A stretch of 64,000 bases of DNA from Gloeobacterales cyanobacterium (lineage in GTDB: Bacteria; Cyanobacteriota; Cyanobacteriia; Gloeobacterales; PMM-0068), in contig JBBRSB010000013.1 in the NCBI GenBank assembly GCA_038245785.1, forward strand, positions 47,982 to 111,981. The letters run 5' to 3'. The notes beneath the pieces were generated by a model. That model worked only from the letters and a program-made list of their open reading frames with translations. It did no database searches and had not been told where the DNA came from. The position numbers and the translations under genes were made by a program. The stretch's first letter is position 1. Every line of letters starts with the position of its first letter. Below, piece after piece: positions 9,890-19,539 of the stretch.

Positions 9890-10369
9890 ATGGATATTGT
9901 TTGGCTCCACGGTTCTCACCTTCGATCTAGTGATCCAGCTTTGGCTGCAAATCCTGATGCTTCCGTCATCTTTATCTTTGATACTGACTATCTAAAAAGT
10001 CAAAAAACAGCCTTCCATCGTCTTCAGTTTATGTACGAAGGAATTTTAGATGTATATCAAAATATTCCTAACATGATGAAAGAAATTCACTTGGGGCGCT
10101 TGGAGGATGAACTTTTAGCGTTTGCACACAAAGTCAAAGCAACTCACCTACACACTACCGTTAGCGAATCTCCTGAATTTCGAGCTGCCGTCGCTTCCCT
10201 AGAAAAAAACCTGCCTATAGCGCTTTATGAGTCACCGCCTATGATCACGGGCTACACAGAAGAGCCTGTCCGCTTCTCTCGCTATTGGCGCAAGGTAGGG
10301 GTTCAGGTTCTGGGCTATCCTCCTGAGCAGAAAAGTCCTTTCCATAAAACCAATAAAACTAGACGTTAG
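9890..10369 (+). CDS. Stand-alone photolyase N-terminal (alpha/beta) domain protein
   Basis: IVWLHG.HLR..DPAL, VIFIFD, HRLQFMYE and RFSRYWRKV; no FAD-binding helical domain. Confidence 0.7.
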   Translation: MDIVWLHGSHLRSSDPALAANPDASVIFIFDTDYLKSQKTAFHRLQFMYEGILDVYQNIPNMMKEIHLGRLEDELLAFAHKVKATHLHTTVSESPEFRAAVASLEKNLPIALYESPPMITGYTEEPVRFSRYWRKVGVQVLGYPPEQKSPFHKTNKTRR

Positions 10370-10373
10370 CTGT

Positions 10374-10937
10374 ATGCAAGAACTTCGTAACCAGGTTCAA
10401 TCCCAACTTCAGCAAGGAAAAGTCATTGGCTTTGCCACGGATACCGTGCCCGCCCTTGCTACCCTGCCAGAACATGGAGAAAAAATCTTCTCTTTGAAGC
10501 GACGTCCAGGCAACAAGCCTTTGATCCTGTTGGGCGCTGATCTGGAACAGCTCAAACCCTATATTCAAGGTTGGCAAAGGGAATGGCAAACCTTAGCTCA
10601 AGACGCTTGGCCTGGTCCGCTGACCCTTATTTTACCTGCGAGTTCACGGGTCCCAGAGGCTGTACATCGTGGACAGGAGACTGTTGGCATCAGAGTTCCA
10701 GCTATCGGCCAAGAATGGCTGGCCGAGATTGGTCCCTTGGCGACTACCAGCGCTAATCGATCGGGCCATCCCCCTGTTCAAGGCCAAGTAGAATTTCAAG
10801 CTTTATTTCCGGAAGTACTCGTGCTTCCAGGGCTTTACGAACAAGCTACGGGTTCTTCCTCCACTATTGTCCTCTGGAAAGGAGATCGGTGGGTTTTGCT
10901 TCGCGAAGGAAAATTTTCTTTACCCCGAAAGCTTTAG
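10374..10937 (+). CDS. tsaC: L-threonylcarbamoyladenylate synthase (Sua5/YrdC/TsaC)
   Basis: F.TDTV, KRRP.NKPL, WPGPLTLIL, TVGIRVP and TTSANRSG. Confidence 0.9.
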   Translation: MQELRNQVQSQLQQGKVIGFATDTVPALATLPEHGEKIFSLKRRPGNKPLILLGADLEQLKPYIQGWQREWQTLAQDAWPGPLTLILPASSRVPEAVHRGQETVGIRVPAIGQEWLAEIGPLATTSANRSGHPPVQGQVEFQALFPEVLVLPGLYEQATGSSSTIVLWKGDRWVLLREGKFSLPRKL

Positions 10938-11158
10938 GGAATCTAAGGAATCATCGGGGTCTATTAACGAAGTGTAAGCAAGAGGAGTATGATAAAAGAG
11001 ATTGAGTAGTTCTACCCAGACAAAAACCTAGTTTATTAGGTAAGTATTTTCTGGTTTGGGGTAACAATAAAGCCCCCTGTTCAAACGCTTTCTAACAGTG
11101 CGAGCCTACGAAATAGATAGGGCTTGCCTGTCTTTCCTATGTTACCCAAGGAGGTACA

Positions 11159-11470
11159 ATGACCACCACTACGCCTGCGAAAAAATATAGCTTAAAAGTC
11201 TATTGGTCGGAGGAATCCCTGTTGCTTGGGGTAGATCGCCTTTATAACACCAGCCGTTCTCCCATTACAGACTATTTCAATTGGCCAAAAGAGAATGCTT
11301 GGGAATCTCTGAAGGTGCAATTGGAAAAAAAAGAGTGGATTGACCAGCATGAGCGCTATTCTCTGCTACAGCAAGCTACGGATGTGATTAATTTCTGGCA
11401 GCAAAAGAAAGAAAACCCTTCCGTGGAAGGAGCTCGGGAAAAATTCCCAGAGGTGCTTTTTGTAACCTAG
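11159..11470 (+). CDS. ycf65: 30S ribosomal protein PSRP-3 / Ycf65
   Basis: LKVYW, SPITDYF.WP..NAWE.LK..LE.K.WI and INFWQ; strong AAGGAGG RBS. Confidence 0.9.
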   Translation: MTTTTPAKKYSLKVYWSEESLLLGVDRLYNTSRSPITDYFNWPKENAWESLKVQLEKKEWIDQHERYSLLQQATDVINFWQQKKENPSVEGAREKFPEVLFVT

Positions 11471-11495
11471 CGCACTTTGGTCTTCAGTAAATGGG

Positions 11496-11514
11496 GCCTC
11501 CTGCGGGAGGCTTT
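11496..11514 (+). terminator. Probable terminator after ycf65
   Basis: GCCTCC-TGCG-GGAGGC-TTT. Confidence 0.6.
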
Positions 11515-11673
11515 GCAAAAATTTACAAATTAGATTACATTACTATAGTTACCCCCTGCGATTGAGCTTTATCCTCCGACATAAGTTTAAGGATGGATGT
11601 TTTAGAAAAGCCTTTTCTCAACATGAAAGCAGTCGCAAACGGTGGGTTGTTGTACACCCTGTTTGGATGCTTC

Positions 11674-13122
11674 ATGGAACATACGTTTGCTAGTCTTGGC
11701 TTGAGTGAGACCCTGGTTGATGCCGTAAAAGTGTTGGGATTTGAAGAACCAACCCCCGTCCAAGTCCAAGCCATTCCTCCTCTTTTACAAGGGCGAGATG
11801 TGTTGGCACTTGCTCAAACGGGAACTGGAAAGACAGCAGCTTTCTCGCTGCCAATGATTCAACTGATTGATATCAAGCAACATGCTGTACAGGGTTTAGT
11901 TCTCACACCAACGAGAGAACTTACTGTTCAGGTCGCAGAAGCCATTCATACCTATGGCGAATCTTTTGGGCTGAAGGTATTGCCTGTTTTTGGAGGTCAA
12001 CCGATTGACCGTCAGATCCGCCGTTTACAGAAAGGCATGCATTTAGTGGTCGGCACCCCTGGCCGGGTGATTGACCTCCTCGACCGGAAAGAATTGAAGC
12101 TTGACCATCTGAGAATGGTCGTCATGGATGAAGCCGACCAGATGTTGGATATGGGCTTCATTGATGCTGTCGAAGAAATTTTGCAACATGCGTCCAAAGA
12201 GCGTCAGACCTCACTATTTTCTGCAACAATGCCTTCTGCCATCCGCAGACTGGCTCAGCGCTATCTGAAAGACCCTGTCAGCGTCACGGTTACGCCTACG
12301 ACGGCAAGCAAGGCTCAAATTGAACAGCGTTTTTATACCGTTTCTAATCATGCAAGATTGGAGTCTTTAAGCCGCATTCTGGCTGTGGAAAATCCGACTT
12401 CTTCAATTATTTTCACACGTACCAAGCGGGATGCTGCCCAACTAGCCCAAGAGCTACAGGGACAAGGTTATCGCTGTGATGCCCTGCACGGGGATATTGA
12501 CCAGATGACCCGGCAATTTGTCTTAGACAAGTTCCGCAACCAACAGCTGACTATCCTTACAGCTACAGATGTGGCTGCTCGTGGATTGGACATTAACGAC
12601 CTCAGTCATGTGTTTAACTATGAGCCACCCCAGAATGTGGAAAGCTATATTCACCGGATTGGCAGGACGGGAAGAGCGGGGAAACAGGGGGTTGCGATTA
12701 CCCTGATTGCGCCTCAGGAACGTCGGTTTATGAGTTCGGTTGAAAGACACACAGGGAAAGCCGTTCAAGTCTGGAAGCTTCCTACCTTGGCAGAGGTAGA
12801 AGCACAGAAGCTACAGGCTCTGCGTCTTACCTTGGAGACCATTCTGGAGAAGGCAGACCTCGCAGGCTACGAAAAGTTCTTGGAACGATTTAGAGGAGAG
12901 CGGGACGCTTTGCAATTGGCGGCGGCGGCTCTTTACTTTGCGAAGCAAGGGCCTTTTGTGGAAGGGGTGCCTGAGGAGCAAGAACGTCCTCCAGAGCGGA
13001 AGTTCTCAAATTCCAATTATGACGACCGTCCAAGACGTACTTTCTCGTCTTCTGGTTCTGGAGGTTCTGGCCGTCCAAGAGCTAATTCTGGATCTGGGCG
13101 CGTGCGGGCCGAAAAGTACTAG
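11674..13122 (+). CDS. DEAD-box RNA helicase (CrhR/DeaD-like)
   Basis: Q motif, AQTGTGKT, PTREL, DEAD, SAT, TDVAARGLD and HRIGRTGRAG; likely start MEHTF at 11674. Confidence 0.95.
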   Translation: MEHTFASLGLSETLVDAVKVLGFEEPTPVQVQAIPPLLQGRDVLALAQTGTGKTAAFSLPMIQLIDIKQHAVQGLVLTPTRELTVQVAEAIHTYGESFGLKVLPVFGGQPIDRQIRRLQKGMHLVVGTPGRVIDLLDRKELKLDHLRMVVMDEADQMLDMGFIDAVEEILQHASKERQTSLFSATMPSAIRRLAQRYLKDPVSVTVTPTTASKAQIEQRFYTVSNHARLESLSRILAVENPTSSIIFTRTKRDAAQLAQELQGQGYRCDALHGDIDQMTRQFVLDKFRNQQLTILTATDVAARGLDINDLSHVFNYEPPQNVESYIHRIGRTGRAGKQGVAITLIAPQERRFMSSVERHTGKAVQVWKLPTLAEVEAQKLQALRLTLETILEKADLAGYEKFLERFRGERDALQLAAAALYFAKQGPFVEGVPEEQERPPERKFSNSNYDDRPRRTFSSSGSGGSGRPRANSGSGRVRAEKY

Positions 13123-13141
13123 TTAGAGAGCGAATTTTCCG

Positions 13142-13678
13142 GTGCATCATAAATCTATGATCTATCGGTCAGTGATTAATTTAGCGGGTTGGCTGGGATG
13201 GAGCTTTTCTATCTTGGTTCAACCCGCTTTTTCGCAGGAAGTGGGTTGGGGGAACTACCAATATCCTCTGGAAGAACAAAGCCCTAAGCCTAATGTCCAG
13301 CTCGTGATCCATCGCCGTGCACACACGCTGCAAGTCCTAGATGCAGAGGGAAAGATCTCCAAACAGTATCCAATTGCCATAGGTAGAGCTGCTTGGCCCA
13401 CTCCGCAGGGTAAATTTCAAGTGCTTAAAAAAATTGAAAATCCCATATTCCAGAGCTTTCGTACAGGGGCGTTAACGAAAGCCGGAAAAGCAAATCCTTT
13501 AGGTCTGTATTACTTGCAGTATCACGAAGGCAAAATAGGAGAATTTGGCATTCACGGGACCGATGAGGAAAACTCCATCGGCAAATCGATCTCTCATGGC
13601 TGTATTCGCATGCACAACAAGGATATTGCCGAACTATATCAGTTGGTAGATCAGGGAACGCCTGTGACCATTGATTAA
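13142..13678 (+). CDS. L,D-transpeptidase (YkuD family)
   Basis: YPIAIGR, TPQGKF, NPLG and GIHGT...SISHGCIRM; signal-like N-terminus. Confidence 0.9.
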   Translation: MHHKSMIYRSVINLAGWLGWSFSILVQPAFSQEVGWGNYQYPLEEQSPKPNVQLVIHRRAHTLQVLDAEGKISKQYPIAIGRAAWPTPQGKFQVLKKIENPIFQSFRTGALTKAGKANPLGLYYLQYHEGKIGEFGIHGTDEENSIGKSISHGCIRMHNKDIAELYQLVDQGTPVTID

Positions 13679-13724
13679 ACATCCCTCAGTCCCTGCAGGA
13701 CAGCTCCCCACCCTTCGTTGATTG

Positions 13725-13745
13725 ATTGGTGAGCCCGGCAAGGAT
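13725..13745 (-). repeat. 21-bp duplication of the tRNA-Arg 3' end (att-like scar)
   Basis: ATTGGTGAGCCCGGCAAGGAT is identical at 13725-13745 and 13787-13807. Confidence 0.85.
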
Positions 13746-13788
13746 TAGCCAGGCTCTGCGCAGGAGTGTCTACTATCGCATCATTAAT

Positions 13789-13863
13789 TGGTGAGCCCGG
13801 CAAGGATCGAACTTGCGCACCTGGTTCCGGAAACCAGTACTCTATCCACTGAGCTACGGGCCC
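13789..13863 (-). tRNA. tRNA-Arg (anticodon CCG), CCA encoded
   Basis: GGGCCCG TA GCTCAGTGGATAGAGT A CTGGT TTCCGGA ACCAG GTGC GCAAG TTCGATC CTTGC CGGGCTC ACCA folds into a cloverleaf. Confidence 0.96.
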
Positions 13864-13963
13864 AACGGTTTAATACCATAGCATTCTTCTTGACCTGATG
13901 CCTACTGATGTTTCGCTATCTAATTGAAAATAGAATAGACTGACCGAACTTCTTGGATATGGG

Positions 13964-15292
13964 ATGACTGTACAGATGTTTAATCAGATAGACAATACTC
14001 CTCAGTTCTTGCAGTATCAGGCAGCCTCTCTACTAGTCTATCAATCTGTTTTATCCAATGAAGTCGGTAGTGCTTTCCTAGAATTACTAAAAGCTATTGA
14101 TAAATTGCAACATAGTGCCGAGCACGACCGGAAAGAATATCTATATGCCTATGGACACTGGTTTTATGCCCTAGCCGATGCAAATCAAAGTTGGCAAGAT
14201 TATCTGGTTGAGCAAATTCAATGGGCTGACAATCCATTTACGCAACAGGCACAAAAACTCGATCTAGAAGACTTGCCTCCTATATTCATAAACGCAGCCA
14301 AACATGATTTGAAAGCACTACAGAGCCTCTATAAATTTAGCAGTGAGCATATTGAGCAGTGGACTCAAGAAATTTTACCAAACAGCTATAAACCTGTCTT
14401 CTGGTCACAGAAGACTTCGACTTTATCGGATAATTTTTCACTTCATGCCTTTAAAAATTGGTCTGATGCCCTAGAGGAGTTAGTTACTCACTACCGGATT
14501 TGGGGGACAGGAATATTGGCGGAGTATCAAGCTTTGCAATGGCACGACGGGAAGCTCATAGGCGTTGCTTATCCTGATCGAGTTCGAATCAGTGATCTTG
14601 TTGGCTGCGAGGTTCAACGAGATTTACTGGTTAAAAACACTGAAGCTTTGTTATCAGGCTATCCTGCCCTACACGTACTCCTCTATGGCAGTCGAGGTTC
14701 TGGTAAATCTTCACTCGTGAAATCACTGTTAACAGAATATGGAAGCCGAGGACTACGCCTTATTGAAGTCACTAAATCTGAATTGATCAATCTGCCGATC
14801 ATTGTGGATAAACTAAGGCAAATCTCTAAAAAGTTTATTCTTTTTGTAGATGACCTATCTTTTGAGGAAGATGAAGATACTTACAAAGCTCTAAAAGTGG
14901 TGTTGGAAGGCAACTTAACCGCTCGCCCACAAAATGTAGTTGTCTATGCCACTTCCAACCGACGCCATCTAATTCGAGAATTTTTTGGAGATCGTCCCCA
15001 GCCAGGTTCTAGCGATGAAGTTCATGGTTGGGATACGGTGCAAGAGAAATTATCTTTAAGCGACCGTTTTGGCTTGACTCTGACGTTTATACCCGCTGAT
15101 CAAAAACTCTATCTCCAGATAGTTCATCACCTCGCCCAACAATCGGGCATCCCTCTGGAGTCTAAAGATTTAGAATTTCGAGCGTTGCAATGGGCAGTGC
15201 AGCATAACGGCCGTTCCGGTAGAACCGCTAGACAATTCGTCGATTTCCTTCAGGCAGAGCTAGCTCTTTCTCAAGCAAAACCTAGTGCTTAA
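13964..15292 (+). CDS. DUF815-family AAA+ ATPase
   Basis: LLYGSRGSGKSS, FVDDLSFE, YATSNRRHL, EKLSLSDRFG and RSGRTARQF. Confidence 0.9.
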   Translation: MTVQMFNQIDNTPQFLQYQAASLLVYQSVLSNEVGSAFLELLKAIDKLQHSAEHDRKEYLYAYGHWFYALADANQSWQDYLVEQIQWADNPFTQQAQKLDLEDLPPIFINAAKHDLKALQSLYKFSSEHIEQWTQEILPNSYKPVFWSQKTSTLSDNFSLHAFKNWSDALEELVTHYRIWGTGILAEYQALQWHDGKLIGVAYPDRVRISDLVGCEVQRDLLVKNTEALLSGYPALHVLLYGSRGSGKSSLVKSLLTEYGSRGLRLIEVTKSELINLPIIVDKLRQISKKFILFVDDLSFEEDEDTYKALKVVLEGNLTARPQNVVVYATSNRRHLIREFFGDRPQPGSSDEVHGWDTVQEKLSLSDRFGLTLTFIPADQKLYLQIVHHLAQQSGIPLESKDLEFRALQWAVQHNGRSGRTARQFVDFLQAELALSQAKPSA

Positions 15293-16070
15293 GGGTTCGG
15301 CAAGGCTCTTGATTCGCACACAAGATCTTCGTTGTCTGTGGAAGCGCTCCCCATTCCTTAAACCAGACACCAAGAGCGATCAATTTTTTCTTGGTCTTGT
15401 CCTTGAGTTCCTGGCTAGGAGCTTCTTTGTAATACTGAATCCACAGGCTAATGGCCCGTTCCTTGTCGTTCATTTTATTGTAGAACGCTGCGGCAAAAGA
15501 ACGGAAGACGACTGGAGCACCGGGTGCATCAGCAGCCTTAATAAAATATTTAGCGGCGGTAGGAAGGTCTTTTTTATAGAGAAAGGCTACTCCGGCATAG
15601 TTCCGATAGAGTTCCCAGGAGTCTGGAGCTGACGGATTGAGGAGAATGCCTCTAGATAAAATCTTTAAAGCTTTATCGGGGTCCTCCTGCATTCCGGCTA
15701 CTGCATAGCTGGCTGCTGCATAAGCTTTAACAAATTTGGGGTCTATGGCTGTGACCAATTCCAGGTAATCGTCACAATAATCAAAGTTTGTCTTCTCGCG
15801 GGCTTTAGTATCTCCAAAATATTGAACATACTGCAGCCAATACCAGTCAGCAACCAAATTATCCATACCAAACAAGAAAGGCTTGATCGCCTCTGCCTTG
15901 GGTAGAACAGGAGGTGCAGTCAGAACACGGTCCGTTCGCTGGCTCAAGTCAGAACGCGGCCATTGCAAAGCTGCGATCAGGCCCAAAAAAAGTACCGTAC
16001 AGGCGAGCGCGATGACGGAAAATTGAGATGGAGCAGAGCGGGATGGATCAGGTTGAACGCTAACAGCCAT
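15282..16070 (-). CDS. Hypothetical membrane-anchored TPR-like protein
   Basis: One N-terminal TM helix, an ADWYWLQYVQYFG motif and helical TPR-like repeats. Confidence 0.7.
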   Translation of the reverse strand: MAVSVQPDPSRSAPSQFSVIALACTVLFLGLIAALQWPRSDLSQRTDRVLTAPPVLPKAEAIKPFLFGMDNLVADWYWLQYVQYFGDTKAREKTNFDYCDDYLELVTAIDPKFVKAYAAASYAVAGMQEDPDKALKILSRGILLNPSAPDSWELYRNYAGVAFLYKKDLPTAAKYFIKAADAPGAPVVFRSFAAAFYNKMNDKERAISLWIQYYKEAPSQELKDKTKKKLIALGVWFKEWGALPQTTKILCANQEPCRTLKH

Positions 16071-16112
16071 AACTCCAGAATGCCCTGTGGAACTGGATTT
16101 TTACCTCACGCC

Positions 16113-17627
16113 TCAGGCCCCAACAGCTTCTTTCGCCGCGTACATAACTTCTAAGGTAATCGCAGAAAGCCCTTGCTCACGAGCGAATTTCTCAGTATTA
16201 CGCTTTACCTTAGAACGAACGAATCCAGGAATTTTACCTAGTTCCTTGGCCGCTGCACTATCCCAATTCAGTTCAGAATCTGCAGTTAGGGACTTGGTGA
16301 TTACTTCTTTGGTGTCATGTCCACTGAAGACTTCGATCATGTGGTCTTCCATCCCTAGGGTGAAGGAGTTATAGACCAAGTCTGCAATTTGGTTGGTGCC
16401 TTCATAGCCCAAGAAAGGCCGAAAACCCACGGGGAAGTTCTGAATGTGAATCGGGGAAGAAATAACGCCACAGGGAATATTCAGCCGCTTACCGACATGG
16501 CGTTCCATTTGGGTCCCGAAGATGGCAGCAGGTTCGATTCGAGCAATGGCATCGCCAATGACGGCGTGGTCATCGGTAACCAGAATTTCCTTGGTGTACT
16601 CTGCAACTTCTTGGCGGAACCAATCCCCGTCATGCTTGCAGAACGTTCCAGCCCAGGCAACTTCTACGTTCATCTCCCGTGCCAGGATTTTGGTCATCGC
16701 TGCTGCATGGGTGGCATCCCCATAAACCACAACTTTTTTGCCTTGTAGGTTCTGGCAGTCGATCGAACGAGAGAACCAAGCTAGTTGAGAAACATAAAGC
16801 GTCTGATTTTTGATGTAGGGCTCGTAATCCGTTTCATGGCCCATATCTTTCAGCATGGCGGCAATTGCCCGAATAAAACGAGCAGTTTCCACTACCCCCA
16901 TGGGCGTGATGGCGGTATAGGGCATGTCATAGTTCTCTTTCAAGAATTCAGCCGTCATCAGACCGATTTCCCGATAGGGAACGATATTGAACCAGGCTTC
17001 GGGCATCTTTTTCAGGTCATGGACAGAGCATTTTTCCGGCATGACAACATTCACTTCAATCCCCAAATCACGTAAGAGATTGCGTAATTCTTTTTCATCA
17101 TGGTGGCTATGGAAACCCAAGGTGCACATGCCAATGATATTGACTGAAGGTTTCTCTGTCTTTTTCGGGCGCTCGGTCAATTTCTTGAGGTAGTACTGAA
17201 CAATCTGGACCAGGGTTTTATCCGCAGCCTGCATCTCGTTGTATCGATAGTGATTCACATCGGCGAGGATGACATCCGCTTCGGAATCCATCTGAGCACG
17301 GGCCACAAAGTTCGCTAGGTCTTCCTGGAGAATACTGGAGGTGCAGGTGGGCGTGAGTACGATTAGATCTGGATGCTCTTCCTTATCTTTACGGGTGATG
17401 TTGTTAATTACTTTGTCCTGAGAGCCCCGACCTAGAACGTGACGGTCGACAACGGAAGTTGTGACTGGGGTAAATTCCCGCTCCCGCTCCAACATCGAGC
17501 GCATGACATTGAAGTAATCATCTCCCAGAGGGGCATGCATGATCGCATGAACGTTCTTAAAAGAGGTGGCAACGCGTAGGGTGCCAATATGAGCAGGCGC
17601 TGAGTACATCCAGTAAGCAAGTTTCAT
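16113..17627 (-). CDS. chlB: Light-independent protochlorophyllide reductase subunit B
   Basis: Start [39 protein letters not shown] and a C-terminal PCP domain (IPGFVR.KV). Confidence 0.97.
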   Translation of the reverse strand: MKLAYWMYSAPAHIGTLRVATSFKNVHAIMHAPLGDDYFNVMRSMLEREREFTPVTTSVVDRHVLGRGSQDKVINNITRKDKEEHPDLIVLTPTCTSSILQEDLANFVARAQMDSEADVILADVNHYRYNEMQAADKTLVQIVQYYLKKLTERPKKTEKPSVNIIGMCTLGFHSHHDEKELRNLLRDLGIEVNVVMPEKCSVHDLKKMPEAWFNIVPYREIGLMTAEFLKENYDMPYTAITPMGVVETARFIRAIAAMLKDMGHETDYEPYIKNQTLYVSQLAWFSRSIDCQNLQGKKVVVYGDATHAAAMTKILAREMNVEVAWAGTFCKHDGDWFRQEVAEYTKEILVTDDHAVIGDAIARIEPAAIFGTQMERHVGKRLNIPCGVISSPIHIQNFPVGFRPFLGYEGTNQIADLVYNSFTLGMEDHMIEVFSGHDTKEVITKSLTADSELNWDSAAAKELGKIPGFVRSKVKRNTEKFAREQGLSAITLEVMYAAKEAVGA

Positions 17628-17773
17628 GGGTTGCGGACTCCATTTCCTAATCTGAGGCTTAAGCCTGTTCATCATTGCCCTGTATTGTACGACAGCGCTG
17701 AAAAACCCTGCGGATAGTAAGGTTTCGTTACACCCCCACCCTGTCGCTAGCAATGACTGTAATGCGTGGGATT

Positions 17774-18247
17774 TTAACCACCCCGTCGCTGCGCGCCACC
17801 CCTCCCTTGGAGGGGATCTTTAGGGGGATGGTTTGATATCCAGGTTCTGATGGAGTCTAGAACTACCTGGGTTTGATGGCGTACTGTTTCATCGCGAAAG
17901 CGTAGAAAACGGACCCCTAACGCTTCTAATCGCTGTTGGCGGAGCTGATCGTTCCATTGGGCGGTTTCACTGTCATGGCTGCTGCCGTCAATTTCAATTG
18001 CTAACATCAGTTCTTTGCAGTAGAAGTCAACAATGAATCCATTGATGGGGCGTTGTCTGTCAAAGTCATAGCCATTCATCTGCTTTCTTTTGAGGTGTTG
18101 CCACAAAATCACCTCGCCAAAGGTCATATTTTTCCGCAGTTTATGGGCCAGTTTTTTCAGGTAGGGCTTATAGCGGATAATTTTCGCTGGTTTTCTCCCC
18201 TCTCGGGAGGGGTGCCCAAAGGGCGGGGTGGGTAAAGTCTCTGCCAT
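17774..18247 (-). CDS. DUF559 / Vsr-like PD-(D/E)XK endonuclease
   Basis: [36 protein letters not shown] and D..RQ..LE..G.RFLRF. Confidence 0.9.
   Translation of the reverse strand: MAETLPTPPFGHPSREGRKPAKIIRYKPYLKKLAHKLRKNMTFGEVILWQHLKRKQMNGYDFDRQRPINGFIVDFYCKELMLAIEIDGSSHDSETAQWNDQLRQQRLEALGVRFLRFRDETVRHQTQVVLDSIRTWISNHPPKDPLQGRGGAQRRGG
17778..17816 (+). repeat. GC-rich palindromic repeat, left flank of DUF559
   Basis: CCACCCCG-tcgctgcgcgc-CACCCCTCCC-ttg-GAGGGGA. Confidence 0.8.
18196..18231 (-). repeat. GC-rich palindromic repeat, right flank of DUF559 (inverted relative to the left copy)
   Basis: The reverse complement reads CCACCCCG-ccctttggg-CACCCCTCCC-ga-GAGGGGA. Confidence 0.8.
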
Positions 18248-18303
18248 GTAGCCAGTTGTAGTCCAGCCCAGAGCGACAAATTTTCCAATCTAAAATCACA
18301 GCC

Positions 18304-18786
18304 TTAAAATTTGTAGCCAATCTGTCGCAGGAAATCCCGACGGGCTTTTGCATCCTCAGGACCTTCTACCCCTTTGGGAGAGAAACCATCGACTACGCCT
18401 AAAATGCCGCGCCCCTGTTCTGTCTCCGCAATAATCACATCTACAGGATTAGCGGTGGCGCAGTGAATCGTACAAACTTCTGCGCACTGCTTGATATTGT
18501 TCAAAAAATTAATCGGATATGCTTCTCGCATCAAGATGACGAAACTATGACCTGCAACTAGGGCCTGAGCATTCTTAGTGGCTAAGGTCTGAAGCAGTTC
18601 ATTATTGCCTGAAACGCGGATCAGACAGGGACCAGAAGCCTCACAGAAGGCAAGGCCAAATTTCACCTGAGGCGAAGTCCCGACCATAATTTCATGCAGG
18701 TCTTCCACCGTTTTGATGAAGTGAGCGTGGCCGAGGATCAGGTTGCATCCTTCGGGAATTTCCATAGAGACTGATTTTAATTCCAC
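18304..18786 (-). CDS. Adenosine-specific kinase family (DUF355)
   Basis: NLILG.AHFIKTVEDL, FG.AFCEASG, YPIN.LN, CATANP and GRGILGVVDG. Confidence 0.88.
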   Translation of the reverse strand: MELKSVSMEIPEGCNLILGHAHFIKTVEDLHEIMVGTSPQVKFGLAFCEASGPCLIRVSGNNELLQTLATKNAQALVAGHSFVILMREAYPINFLNNIKQCAEVCTIHCATANPVDVIIAETEQGRGILGVVDGFSPKGVEGPEDAKARRDFLRQIGYKF

Positions 18787-18873
18787 TGTGGTCTCCTCTT
18801 TTGCAACAGGTCATAGGTTATAAATTAGGCGGAGTGCTCTGTTCTGTCAGAGAATCAGAAAAAAAGATACGAA

Positions 18874-19395
18874 ATGGACCTGACCCACTACGTTCGTAAT
18901 ATTCCTGACTTTCCCAAGCCTGGGATCATTTTTCGAGATATCACGCCGCTTTTAGCGACGGCAGAAGCCCTTCAGTTTGCCCTCAATACGCTGACGGAGC
19001 AATTTGATGGCAGAAACATCGACTATGTAGCCGCCATCGAAGCACGGGGATTTTTATTTGGTGTCACCTTGGCCGACCGTTTAAATGCCGGATTTGTCCC
19101 GATCCGTAAGCCCGGAAAACTGCCTGGCCCCAGTTATCGCCAGGATTATGCACTAGAGTATGGCAGTGATGGACTAGAAATCCACCAGGATGCTTTTAGT
19201 GGCTCAGAGCAGAAGCGGGTGCTCTTGATTGATGATGTTTTGGCTACAGGCGGTACGGCAAGAGCAGCGGCAGCCTTGCTTGCGAAAGCAGGAGGCCAAC
19301 TGGCTGGTTATGGTTTTGTCATTGAGCTAACGGCATTAGAAGGTCGAGGTCTATTACCAGAAGCGCCTGTGTTTTCCTTAATCACTTATTCATGA
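18874..19395 (+). CDS. apt: Adenine phosphoribosyltransferase
   Basis: PDFPKPGIIFRDITPLL, EARGF, RKPGKLP, LEYG and VLLIDDVLATGGT. Confidence 0.97.
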   Translation: MDLTHYVRNIPDFPKPGIIFRDITPLLATAEALQFALNTLTEQFDGRNIDYVAAIEARGFLFGVTLADRLNAGFVPIRKPGKLPGPSYRQDYALEYGSDGLEIHQDAFSGSEQKRVLLIDDVLATGGTARAAAALLAKAGGQLAGYGFVIELTALEGRGLLPEAPVFSLITYS

Positions 19396-19539
19396 AATAT
19401 TCATGAAACACAGATGTTCCCAATATCGTCTTAATTAATAGTTAAGTAGTGTGAAAAGGCTAAGAGATTCTGAAGTTTGGCAGATTGGCCGCTGAACCTA
19501 AGAGGGGATGAGTTAGGTTAGATCGTAGGTGGGCATTAT

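Noticed and set aside
17628..17753. 42-aa N-terminal extension of ChlB
   Set aside because: The conserved start is MKLAYWMY at 17627; the extension is probably promoter/UTR.
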